From Klebsormidium nitens (taxonomy: Eukaryota > Plantae > Klebsormidiophyceae), in assembly GCA_000708835.1 (NCBI GenBank), contig DF236950.1:401088-465087 (forward strand): DNA of 64,000 nt, read 5' to 3'. Below, piece after piece: positions 1 to 11,430 of this stretch. The translations under genes were made by a program, and so were the position numbers. Under the pieces are notes generated by a model, which was not told the DNA's origin, searched no databases, and worked only from the letters and a program-made list of their open reading frames with translations. Positions within the stretch are counted from its first letter, which is position 1. Every line of letters begins with the position of its first letter.

Positions 1-1182
1 ACGTTCCTCAAGTACGCTTACGGGGATATCTCGTCTCTTGATCACGTCGAGCCGTCGAATGCACCTTTTTGCCAGGTAAGCTCGTCCTACTTTTCTGATT
101 GCGAAGCAGATTTCAGCGCATTCCATGTTGCTTTTCAGGCGCCCTGCAGCTTGCCAAGACAGATTGATAGGCAGAGACACTGTGATAGTACACTGATTTC
201 TCACTTGGACAGCTGTCTTTGTGGTGTTACTTCTGCTGACTTACTCTCGATAATTCTTGTCGCACCAACTTGGACATTTGACACGATTTGACATTGCATG
301 ACAACAAGAAACACTCAACTGTGCCTCTCTTTCGCAAGCTGTCTTGCATTCAGATTCGGTGGCCTCGCTTGATGCTCGCTAACATCTCCTCCTCCTTTAT
401 CGACTCTGCTGTGTGAACCCTGAAGTCCCTCTTGCTGCTGTTTATTTTTCTGCTCCTCTCATCTGAGCTACTCATCTATCTCCGTCAGGGTTAAACCAAG
501 CGCAAAAGGGCACCTTTCTTCCTTTCATCGTTGCTCTTCTCTGCGGTATAACAAGAAAAATGTAAACTTTCCCCATAGCTGATCAAACTATCGCGGTAAT
601 CTGAGGTTTATATATCTCTGAGCTTGGGAACCCGGCGTTTCGGTTTTGTTCCAAACGATTGTGTGCACTGACCCGAAGGGCGATTACATGTTTAGCTCTT
701 AGGTGCAAACCAGCCGGTGGACATTACCGGATAGGTTCTGATCTTTGATGGTCCTAATGGGTCCTTACGCGCTAAGAGCATACTAAACTACAAGAAAAGA
801 TGCGCAAAATTTTTGAAGCCAATAGCACCGTCCTTCCTTCCATCGCAGCTTCTTACGATTGCAGCTTCTTACGATTGCGGCCTTTGTGCAGGAGCTCTTC
901 TCCTTGGCAGAGTCCACAGGGTTGCTCAAACTCTGCGCGAGCATCAACGATCACGTGCTGGTGACGGAAGATAATGTTTCTTCTTGGCTCAAATGGTTGG
1001 CCGAGGAGCACGACTCAAACACTCACAGAATCTTGGCGAACGTGAAAGAAGTCGTGAAGAGAGCCTTCAAAAGAATGAGGTTCTGGGCGGACGCAACCGT
1101 CGACCAGCTTGCATCTCTGGACAAGGTCGTCAAACAAAAGAAGAGGAAGGATTCAAGGAAGCGTCGTCGCATGAGGTCTTAG
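1..1182 (+). CDS. 3' part of a BTB/POZ-like domain protein (5' end outside window); exons 1-75 and 892-1182
   Basis: Frame 1 reads TFLKYAYGDISSLDHVEPSNAPFCQ, then a GTAAG donor at 76. The TGCAG acceptor at 891 resumes in phase with ELFSLAESTGLLKLCASI...KKRKDSRKRRRMRS*. FLKYAYG...ELFSLAE resembles the BTB C-terminal helices (FLxYLY...LLxLAD). The basic tail looks like an NLS. Confidence 0.5.
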
Positions 1183-2328
1183 AGTGCGGTCGAAGGCTGG
1201 TGATAGACCATCGAGATCACAATACTAGTTGGTTCTTGCGCTGCAGAACCGCTTAATCGGGCTCGTGAAGTGCATAAGTCTGTTAGGTGCCAAAGGCACA
1301 TAAGCATTTCGAGATTCCATTGGTACAGATAAGGCCCGGTGGCCGGCAATGCCAAACACATACTATTTAAACCAAGCATGATCCATACTACTCAGAAGTA
1401 AGAATGATCAGAAGCCTGTCTTCAAAGGTTTACATTGACCCGACGCATAGGGCAGGCTGTCCTTCCAGTATCACGTTTTGCTTATGTTATGTCGTTCTTA
1501 ATGATCGCGAGCAAGGAGGCTGCCTTCAACGTGCGCTGCTGATTCAAGTCAGACACCGACTCACCTGACTCAATGACTGAGCAGAGTGGCATTCACAGCC
1601 CTCTGTCATCTGCTCACTTTATACTGAATTCACAAGTTTACATGCAAATCCACCCGTTGGGAACTACACTCAATCGTCACATTCATATTATAGCCAAAGC
1701 CGCATGCGGTTCGGCAAGCCTTCATTAGCGATTTGCAATGGTGGATCGCGTGGTCGATCGATGTTCATTCATTATCCGGAAGATGCGCAGCTCCTGGACA
1801 TCTGCGCGCGCGGCGGAGCACATCTGCATCTCGCATTATGCTTAAACTCTACATGCGCGGGCATGTGATTACGCGTGCACTATACACGCAGGCAAATTTG
1901 TATCCGGCCAATCTGTATGCATGCTTCGAACCATCTGCACATTATGGTGGCGGCATATGCAGCGCACAAAACAAACGGTGGATTCTCGCTTCTCAGATTC
2001 GTCGATCATTGCGACTCCTGCGTCGGAGGGTTGTTTAAGCTGCACCGTGCAAGTAACGAATTGACGCATATTGCAAATCAATGCATTCATGGTCAGATCA
2101 TAGATGAAAGGTATAGTGACGGTTGCATTCAAGACTCTGATCCGGAGCAGTTCACTCAAACAACTGAATGCAATCAGTACCATCAGGAAGCATGCAGGCT
2201 CGTTGTGGACCGAGACTTGGCATAGTGCTGGCTCATGCATAAGTAGATGATGTTGGCGCACAACTCAAGGGTTCTTCACGAGATCTATCACTAAAGAACC
2301 CGCAGCTAGGTGCGAGGTCAATCTGGTG

Positions 2329-5300
2329 TCAGGCTAAAGTGGCCCTCTTCCCCTTGCCCTTGCTGTCACCGCTCTGCAAACAAACGTCAAAATCAGGTCA
2401 AGGAACATCTTTGGCCACCCACATCGTGCCCGTGATCAATCGCAGCTTAGGTTGCAAGGGCGAACACAAGCAAGGAGCAAGCAAATATTCGATTTTCACC
2501 TCAGCGCAGGAAACGACACCTGCAGACAAAACCTGCTCTTGCAACATCCGGCGTTTCAAGTCACGACAGAGAACTTGCATATGCACTCGGCAAAAGCTCC
2601 ACCTTCTGATTCTGTCGGCGGCTTACCGTCGTGCTCCCTTTGGCGCTCCTGGCGCCCACGAACGAGTCGTAGATGTCGTTCAGCCTCATGCGCTCCGCTG
2701 CCGGCACCGACGGGCGCGCAGACAAAGCCGCTGCCTTGAGCTGCTCCATGCTGATCTCGGGCGAGCCCTGGGTGGGAGGCCCTGTTTTCGGAGGGGTTGC
2801 GTCCAGGAAGCGGTGCACGGCGGACAGCTGCGCGTCGCTCAGGACGGCCTGCAGGTCCGCTCCGCTGAACCCGTCCGTGAGGCGCGCGATCTCGGCCAGG
2901 TCCACGTCAGCGGCCAGAGGCAGCTGCGGACACAGAGGGACTCACGATCAGCGAGAATTGAGCTGACTAGACAACGTTCAAAGATACTGGTCTCACCGCT
3001 CTTCGAGTAACGTAAAGTTTCTCCCATCGTTCAGTCTCCACAACAAAAGAACAAGCAGACTGGTTCCTGAATTCGATGCAATATGAAATCCCTTCGCATG
3101 CATTAGCATCGAAACCAACCTGGTACGACAGCGCTCTACTGAATATGCTCCAAGGCCGGCGAATGCGCCGCAATCCACCCCCACCCGCGCCTCGTGCGCC
3201 CCTCACCTGCTTGGCGAGCACCCCGAGGACGTCCCGCCGCTCAAACTCGTTCGGGAAGTCGCAGAGCAGCAGCTTGTCGAGTCGCCCCGGGCGCAGCAGC
3301 GCGGCGTCGATCATGTCGGGCCGACTGGTCGCCGCAAGCACAAACACCCCGGTCAGTCCCTCCACGCCGTCCAGCTCAGTCAGCAGTTGGTTGACCACCC
3401 GGTCGGTCACCCCGGTGTTGTCGTGGCCGCGCTTGGGCGCGATCGCATCGAACTCGTCGAAGAAGAGGATGCACGGCGCGGCGGAGGAGGCGCGCTTGAA
3501 CACGTCGCGGACCTGGAAGGTGGGCCGGTTAAGATGGTCGAACGAGGAAAGACGCGTTTTGAATGCTGGGTCAAAGAAGCTTCGTTTGTGGTAGAGGACC
3601 GACAAATTAGATGTAGGATACAGTAGAAAAGCAAGGGGGCCTGTACGCAGTAAAACTTAACATTCCTGAAAGATCTCGAATTCACAGGGCACAGCCACGC
3701 ATTCCTCAAAGCGAGCAGGCAACTTATCCGTCCACATGGAAACCGGTCTCAAGCCCAGGCATATTGGGTTAAATCTGATCGGTTAACAAGGAAAACCCTG
3801 TAATTGGTGAAGCTTCTCATCTGTGCCACAACCTTTTGGACTACGCGTTTGTATTAAAGAGAATCTTCGTCAGCAATCATAAAATGGTCATACAAACAGC
3901 ATCTCCGAAAAGCGGCGTGGTCGTCCCCACTCACCGACTGCTCGCTGGCCCCGATGTACTTGTTCAGCAGCTCGGGGCCCTTCACCCCGACAAACCGCAG
4001 CCCGCACGCGGCCGCCGCCGCGCCCACGATGTGCGTCTTTCCACACCCCGGGGGGCCGTACAGCAGCACCCCCGACCGCAGCCGCAGCGGCGCTGACGCA
4101 AAAAGGGCCGGAAACTTGGCCGGTAGCTCCAGCGTTTCTTGTAGCGCTTGCCGGACTTCCGATAAACCCCCGACGGAATCCCACCCCTGCTTGGGCGCAC
4201 CGTCCGCGCCCCCAACTGCAACGCCGCGCATGGCCGCCGGCACAAACCCGTCCCGCGCTTCCGTAAGGTCCTCTTCCGACAGCTCGAAACCGCTCGGCAC
4301 TCCCCCGGGAAGGTCCGCTTGCTTCGGAGTATGGACTTCGTGTCTGCCTGCCTCAGATGCTTCTTCCATTTTCTCCAATTTGCCGTTTCCAGGAGACGCA
4401 TCGTCATTCCGAAAAGCGCCTGTTGCCGCATCTTCTCGGCCCGGAGTGTCCCACCTCACGGCAGCCGTCGAAGGCCCTGCGGAACCATCCCCCGCAACTT
4501 CCGCCTGGCCCCCCGTGCCCACACCCCGCCCTACGGGGCCTCCCAGGTATCGTGCGGCCGCAGCATGGGTGGCTCGATCAACGAAAACCTCAACATCTGT
4601 CGCATCGTAGCCGTCCAAATGCTGAGCGGCCTCTCGAGCGACACCTGGCGCAAGCTGCAAGCCCTTCGCCGCAACCGCTGACGTCAGCATGGCTGCACGA
4701 TCCCCGGGCGCAGGGGTGGGAATCTCGACGTGGAAGTCGAAGCGGCCCGACGCGAGCAGCGGCTTTGCGAGAGCCTGAGCGGACTTGGCGATGGCGAGGA
4801 AGGCAACCGCAATCGGCTGCCGGTCGCCGTCACCTGGAAAGACATGGTTATTGCTAAGTATAACGGTCGCGACGAATTGAACAAACGCTGTCTGTCCTAA
4901 GTTTTTTGAGGATGCCAGAAGACGGACGGCCAAAGAAAAGAAAACGCCCACAAAGCAGCTTACCTAACATACAAGTGGCTCATTAGACCGCCTCTACCAG
5001 CTGCGAAGGACAAGCGCTGCTCGTCAGAAGCTGCCAAATGGAAAGCAAGACCCATAATTTTCCGGCAGTCCTGCTTTTGAGTCGTCGCAAAGCTTGAAAC
5101 TTTTGTTCATCCTCACCTTGGCAGTTGTCCAAGATGTCCGCCAAACCTTCGGCAAGCGCCCGCGCCCCTTCTGCCGCGTCCCCCATCTCCGGCCCCTCGT
5201 GCGAGCCCGCTACGGAGTTCAGATCGTCCAGAATGACCAGCGCCGGTGCGCACTGGACCGCGTCCGAAATGCGCCTTTCAATCTCTGCTCGGACCTCGTG

Positions 5301-8300
5301 AGGTTTGTGGGCGCCGTTCCCGCCCGCCAGCTGGCCGCAGCGAATCACCACAGGCTTGGCCAAAATGGAGGGATCCCCCGCCAGGGCGTGAGCGATGGCA
5401 AGTGCCAGGCGGCTTCGCCCACTGCAGATAGGGCGCGTAGTAGATGTAAAGGCGACTCGGAGGAAGCAGACCAATCGTGAACAAAGACAATCTCCAGAAA
5501 GCATGTCGATATCCATTTGTACGTCGTAAAAACCGCTCGACCTTGTGCAAATCAAGGTTAACTGCGCAGAGATCAGTTGTACACAACAGAAGCGAGTCCT
5601 TGAAACGAACTTATTCACGGAACCAGAAACGACGAAGCGCGAGCGACGGCTGCTCAAGGGTGACGTCTTCTTGAAAGATGAAAGCACTCGTAATCCATTC
5701 ATGTGACTTTCAAAGGCGTCTTAACCCCTCACCTGGCCTGCGACCCATGTAGGAGAACGGCCCCCGGAAACGGCGTACCCAGCCGCTTTAGCTCCTGCCG
5801 CAATTCAGACGACAAGCACGGCTTCAAGCGGCTCAAAATGGTGTCGGCCGTGCCGCGCAGCCACTCCATGCTCTCTAAAGAGGCTCCCTCTAAGCCCGCT
5901 TCGCTCGACGCGTCGCTTTGCCTTTCCCACCAGAGAGGGGCTCCCAGCTCGACCGCCAATGTTTTCCGCCCTAGATGAGCGCCGTTGTGGTCAGAGGCCT
6001 GCATAGCGGGTGCACTCCCAATGTGCAACTCGTTGTCTACGAGGAGAAACGACGGCGCATGCTCGGAACTGTGGTCTTCTGGCAAGCTTGGGCTTGTAGG
6101 GGCTGGAAGTTTTGGCATCATGGGGGGCAAAACAGGGCCGGAATAGATCCCCCCGCCGCTTCGCTGATAAGGGCTCGTCGGCGACCCGTGGGCTCTGTTT
6201 CCTGCGCCGTGGTTCGCTCCCTGCCCTCCGTGCGGGGGCGAACTCACCAACTCGGCCAAAAACAGGGCCTCGCTCGGCTTTCTGTCCCCACCCCGCCTGC
6301 TGTGGACATCGAACTGGAGAACAGTCCCGCTCTGTATCGGCGCCCCTGGAACACAAACAGGTGGCGTCCCGCTTTTGCGCTCTACTGATTTGCTCGGAGT
6401 TCCCAACTGAGTCCCATCGACCTGTGCCGCGATCCAACTCGCGACAATCTTCTGAACTGCCACGTCGAGAAACGCCGCCCCCCCCGTGGGGCTAGCATGC
6501 GTCCCGTTCAGGCGGCCGGTCTGGCTGACCCCATGCTCTGAGGCCGGGTCGGCTGACTCAGCACCCGATTTGTCCAACGCAGCGGCCAGGTCGAAGAGGG
6601 AGCGGTGGGCGCGTCCGATGGCGGGAGGGGGTGCGACGTCCTGGCCTTGTGGGTCGGCTACAAAACAGAACCGAAGCAAAACTGGTCACCCACCGAAGAA
6701 GATGTGGAGAGATATATCTCGATTTTCCATTTCGCCGTCTGTGATGTCTTGAGAAATGCCATGACTAGAACTAGGTGCTTCGACTGATGCAAGGGTGCAG
6801 TATGAGACTCTTTGAAAAGAGACTCCAGCATCGCAGCACCAACCATTTACTCAAGCTCAATACAACGCCAGTGGGCACACAAGACGTTGAACACCACCTT
6901 CTCGAGGCGAACTTGCCAAGAGACACAGAGAGACGGAAGTAACTCCAAGCTTTTGAGACGCACCCTCTTTCTCTTGGTTCGCTCCCTCCTGCTCCCAGGG
7001 CCGCTTGTTTCGGCTGGTCTTGTGGCGTGCCCGGACGAGGGGGTGCAGCCTGAGCCGAACGGAAGGAGGCTTATCCGGAGAGGCACAGGGGACCAGCTTG
7101 GCACCTGCAAAGGGAATGTCACAGCTTCGATACAGGGTACGGGAAAGGCTCAGAAAGACCAACGGTTCGCGAACAGGATATGGCAGCGGGACTGAAAGCG
7201 CAGAAGCGGATTTGAAAGCAAGCTTCCCACTTCATTCCCCGTCTTCCCCTCAAAGCAAGTCAAATGCCACATCACAGCCAGTATACACTGACTGTTGTAG
7301 AATCAACGGCTCAAGTACAACTCAAATCAATATTTGCTCTGGCCTGAAAACGAAACTCACGAGCAAAGGGCTCCAACCCGAGCTGCGCCAGCAGCGGCGC
7401 AGCAATCATCACATGGCCCCTCGCCACCCGCTCATCCAATCGCACGCGCACGACCACCTCCGATGCCGGAGCAGCGGGTGCCCGACCCCCCACATCGTGG
7501 CCCCCTCCCCTGTGACCCCCATTCCCAAAGAACGCCTCATGAAGGGTCTTTGCTGGCCCGCTCTCTGTCCCCTCGTTTGACACTCCGTGATTGAGCCCCT
7601 CTACATTGTCGGATGTAGCGTGTTTGTTCCTCAAACACAGTTTTACAAGGAGCCCTTCCTCGAATCCGGTGAGCTTTGCGGTGGTGGGGGAGATGAACAC
7701 GGTGGCCGTCGGTTGAAGCGAACACAGCAACTTTCCAAACTTCAACTCTTTCACCAGCTGAGGGTCTAGCACCTGCACCCGGAGCCAGGCCGGCTTGATG
7801 GAATTGGAAGGCTGAGGGATATGGGCCCCCTCCGGGGGGGGTGCTTTCAGGTTTGACTTGCGCTGTTTTGGGGCAACTGCTAGCTCTGTCCCCTGGACCA
7901 AGCGCACCAGGGGGGCGGGCGATGTGGATGTGACGCGCAGACGGAGCTGGATGGTGTTGCGAATCCAGATGGGGAACTCCTGGCCAGACGCGAGGACGCC
8001 GACCTGAAAATAGAATTGAAGGAGGTACAGTCAGCCAGGCCAAAGTTTACCAGCGGCTTTGTGAGAACGTGCCTTGAAGGAACAAGAGACGGCTTGCACC
8101 ACCAGCGCTGACTGCCCGCTTTTAAGGACTTCGGACATTTGATTTGCAAGAATCAAATCGCAGGCACAGGTTCTTTTGAAAAAGATAGTTCGCACTGTGC
8201 TCCCTTTCCATAACGCATTTTCTCAATGATCAGGCAAGGCCTGGACACTATCGCTATCTCAATTTCTCAGCCCTAGTTCAGGGACCATCAATTGTTTTTA

Positions 8301-9018
8301 CGACAGCACACCTGGCTGAGCAGCTGCTCCTCGATGTAGTCCTTGTTGAGCTCCAGTATCTCCCAGTCGTCTTCGTCCGCTGGCTCTACCATAATCATTT
8401 CACCGTCCGCAACATCTCTTCGAGCTCGGACTCCAACTTTGAGGCCCGCAGTGAGCCCCAAGCAGCGGGCCAGGCTGCTGGGAACCTGCAGACCAGCATG
8501 GAACAGAGACATGGTTAGAAAGCCTTCTGGTGAGATACTAGAAGAAGGCAGAGACCAACTAATTGAGAGCATGGGGAGTGGTTGTTACGACGATGCCGAC
8601 TGAACCGGTAAACAGCAGAAACATGCACCACTCAGACTTTTTGCATTCCGTGTGCCGTAGAAAAAACATGCTTGGAACCAGCATTCTTGAATGAAAATAG
8701 CGACCACACCACACAGGTGAATTGCCGCTGGCTGGGCAAGCCAGTTGCAAAGCACAAGAGAAGGTTGAGAGTGCTCACCTCCAGTTCATTGCCGCTGGAC
8801 GCTGCTCCAGCCCAAGCAACGTGCCACTTTTTCCCCCCTCCCCGCTCACCATAGTTGACCCCACTGAAAGGGTGTACGTGGCCCTGTGCCTCCAAACTAG
8901 TTACTTCAAGGATTAGGGGCAGCGGGGGCGGCCTCTTTCCAAACAGGCCCTGCAGAACCACTGGAGGAAGAGAAACAAAGGACGTAGGACTATGTACAAG
9001 CCTGATACTAAACTCCAT
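2329..9018 (-). CDS. PEX1: Peroxisome biogenesis AAA+ ATPase PEX1 (multi-exon)
   Basis: ATG at 9018 gives [18 protein letters not shown]...[12 protein letters not shown], like plant PEX1 N-termini. Exon 2 has [16 protein letters not shown]2 has [65 protein letters not shown] and ALLRPGRLD. The C-terminal KRATLA* ends at 2329. Introns are GT-AG. Confidence 0.95.
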
Positions 9019-9303
9019 TGCAGTCAATGCGTTCAAAGTGCTCTACCTACATGCAAGAGCAGACCGGTCCTCAGCTTCAAACAAACTTAGCTGCCCGCAC
9101 TTGCGCAAACTCATTGGATTGGTCTTGTTGCTCATTGTTATTGTGCAGCACAATGAGGATGACTACTCCCCCAACAGTGACACGAAGGACGCTTCTTCAC
9201 AGATTCTCAGATGTCTCTGCAAAATGAAAGGCAGGAAGCTGACTCAGAATATTGGCTGCTGAGCAAGCTGCCAACTAGAGCAGCATGATATTCCGGCCAC
9301 CGA

Positions 9304-9322
9304 TTAGGGTTTGCTAGGGTTA
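9304..9322. promoter_or_regulatory. Telo-box-like motifs (TTAGGGTTT 9304-9312; CTAGGGTTA 9314-9322) in the PEX1/mL53 divergent promoter, followed by a GGCCC-rich stretch (~9356-9370)
   Basis: Exact AAACCCTAA on the minus strand. Telo-boxes with site II (GGCCC) elements are established features of plant ribosomal-protein promoters, and this one lies upstream of a ribosomal protein gene. Confidence 0.5.
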
Positions 9323-9437
9323 AGTTTTTGGTTTGTTAAGTACCATTACCTAAGTGGCCCGGCCCGGGCCGGCAGCCATTACCATTGACATTCAAGCAGA
9401 CGTAGGCCGCGGCAGCCAGATACAGCCAGCTGGCTCC

Positions 9438-9536
9438 ATGGATATGAAGAAGGCTAGAGATCTAGCTAGGACACCGCATTCCGAATGGAAGGAAGAGCGA
9501 CAGAAAGCGCTGCAGGTGTTGAGATTGATGCATTGA
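9438..9536 (+). other. Upstream ORF (32 aa) ending 69 nt before the mL53 start, or an alternative 5' exon
   Basis: ccATGG context, MDMKKARDLARTPHSEWKEERQKALQVLRLMH*. It has a possible internal CAG|GTG donor at 9516. Confidence 0.3.
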
Positions 9537-9604
9537 CACTGCTTTAGAAGGGCATTGGCACCTTTTTCAAACCCTGGTTGATCAGCGGGCAATAGGCTGG
9601 AGCC

Positions 9605-10515
9605 ATGTCGAAACAAGGCATCTTGGCCAATCTCAAGAAGGTTGTGTTCGAATTTCGGTGGAATGATCCACGAGCTACTTCCTCCCTGTAAGCTCTGCTT
9701 TCTTCCTCTGTGCTAGCTCATATGAACAGTCGCTCGTATGCACTTGCTGAATAGGTGGCAAGAACTTTAGAGGGCTCTGGAAAAAATGATGACCAGGTTC
9801 TCATGATTTCAAGGATGAGCGCCAGGGATTATGTAACCAAGCAAAACAATAAGATGCGTTGATTCGGCTCTGATCATCGTGGCGTTGCACCCCTCGAGTT
9901 CGATTACTTTCATATGTTTCAACCGGAGAGAAAGAGGAGTCTCCCAGCTTCTGCTGATGTTGTGGTTGCCTTCGTTCTTGTTGGCAGTGAGATGTTGGCA
10001 CAATTGAGCAACTCAAAAGCCAGGGCAGCCAATCCAGCATGTGTAATTGCTGTCACACGGCGGACAGATGACGTACCACCGACCATCGCAATCACTTACA
10101 GTAAGTTCTGGAGACTCCTTACAATTTGTCTCATTGATTGTTACCATGTTATGTTGGTGTTCTGAAAGCGGGCGTGTGCTGGTAGGAATCAAAGCAAAGT
10201 TTCTTGGGGGCTTTCTACCTTTTGGACCTACATCCTGAAGTTGTTCAAACTTCTGTTGTCGACACCTTACGGCGATCTTTTGTTGCAGACAACGACAAGG
10301 AAGAGAAGCTGGACTGTACAAAGTTGTCTGCACACGAGATGTGCAAACGAATACGGGCAGACTCAAAGATGATGCAGTATGAGGCTGAATTTCGAGAAGC
10401 TGGATTCAGCTGGCCCCCTCCAGTGCCTAAAGAGCTGCTCAGCCCTCAACAAGAAAAAGCCGCGGATGCAAGAGAAAGGGCCGGAACTTCCAAAAGCCAG
10501 AGTGTTCAAAGATGA
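9605..10515 (+). CDS. MRPL53: Mitochondrial ribosomal protein mL53 (MRPL53 / yeast MrpL44 family); exons 9605-9687, 9988-10100, 10289-10515
   Basis: Spliced product MSKQGILANLKKVVFEFRWNDPRATSSLEMLAQLSNSKARAANPACVIAVTRRTDDVPPTIAITYNNDKEE...FREAGFSWPPPVP matches the plant mL53 pattern (EFNxxDPR..EFLAQ..NPAC..RRTDDxPP..FREAG.W). Splice phases are consistent. Confidence 0.85.
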
Positions 10516-11430
10516 GTTTGTTGAAGGCGCTGGTCGAGTCGGATATGTCCTCTGTATCATAGTAGGTACTGGCTCGTTCCTTCCGATTGACTGTACAGCT
10601 ATTCATTATCGGTAAGGGAAAAGTAGTGAAGCACTACACGCGGTTGTTCACTAAAGAATTGAAGCACTAGCGTTTGTTTCATGTGCCGGCGAACCGCGAT
10701 GTACCCAGTGACCCTTTATTTGAAACATAATGCTATGCAACTACTAGTAGAATGCAAGATGCATGCGTCTGAATTGCATGAATGCCGTGCTTGTCGCTCC
10801 ATGCGACAAGGTAGAGTAGCGAGCTCCGACAATGCATTCAATGATGGGATACAAAGCGCAAATTGGACACTTTGATACGAATCCGTCGCCGGGCCGGCTC
10901 AGTTGCATAGCTGATGCATCGTAATCAAACTTGGCATGAGGCGTGCACGAGATCAAATGACAGTCTATGACCGGTTGAGAGGCAACCGTCTTATGTAGAT
11001 ACTGGCAGCAACGTGAAAGATATGACATGCTCGACAACCATGTCCCGACAGCCAAAATCTTGAATCAAAACGTGCATGGCGTTTGCCGCTCAATATCAAA
11101 CATGCATGCTGACATGAAGGTCATCAGCACTTTTATGCAATGTAACCCCATGGAGGAGAATGGTTAAACCAGCGCATATACACTCGCTAACAACTTGAAT
11201 GATTTGCACTGATTAACGTCAGCGAAAAGATGAAATGGGCTCTCACGAGCATATTCGTAGGAAGTGGACGATACTCCTGGCAAGCTCTCAAGGCTCAACC
11301 AGATTGCGCCTGAATGTAACATCCCCTTGAGCAATATCAAGGTCGCAGAAGCAAGGCTCGTTGACTTGAAAAGCGACACGAAATGACTCCATGATTGAGA
11401 ATAGACTACGGGCTTACAATCCTAGCGCCC

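Noticed and set aside
300-490. Short purine-rich antisense frame (KRDFRVHTAESIKEEEMLASIKRGHRI) in the first intron
   Set aside because: No start or splice support. It is explained by the pyrimidine-rich intron composition.
846-876. Tandem GCAGCTTCTTACGATT x2 near the BTB intron acceptor
   Set aside because: A simple local duplication that does not change the inferred splice.
1869-2261. Overlapping 116-130 aa ORFs on both strands between BTB and PEX1
   Set aside because: Peptides are rich in His/Cys/Met because of the ATGCAT-rich patch, with no motif or splice support.
2269-2301. GGGTTCTT...AAGAACCC hairpin in the PEX1 3' region
   Set aside because: An 8-bp stem with a 17-nt loop is expected by chance in 64 kb.
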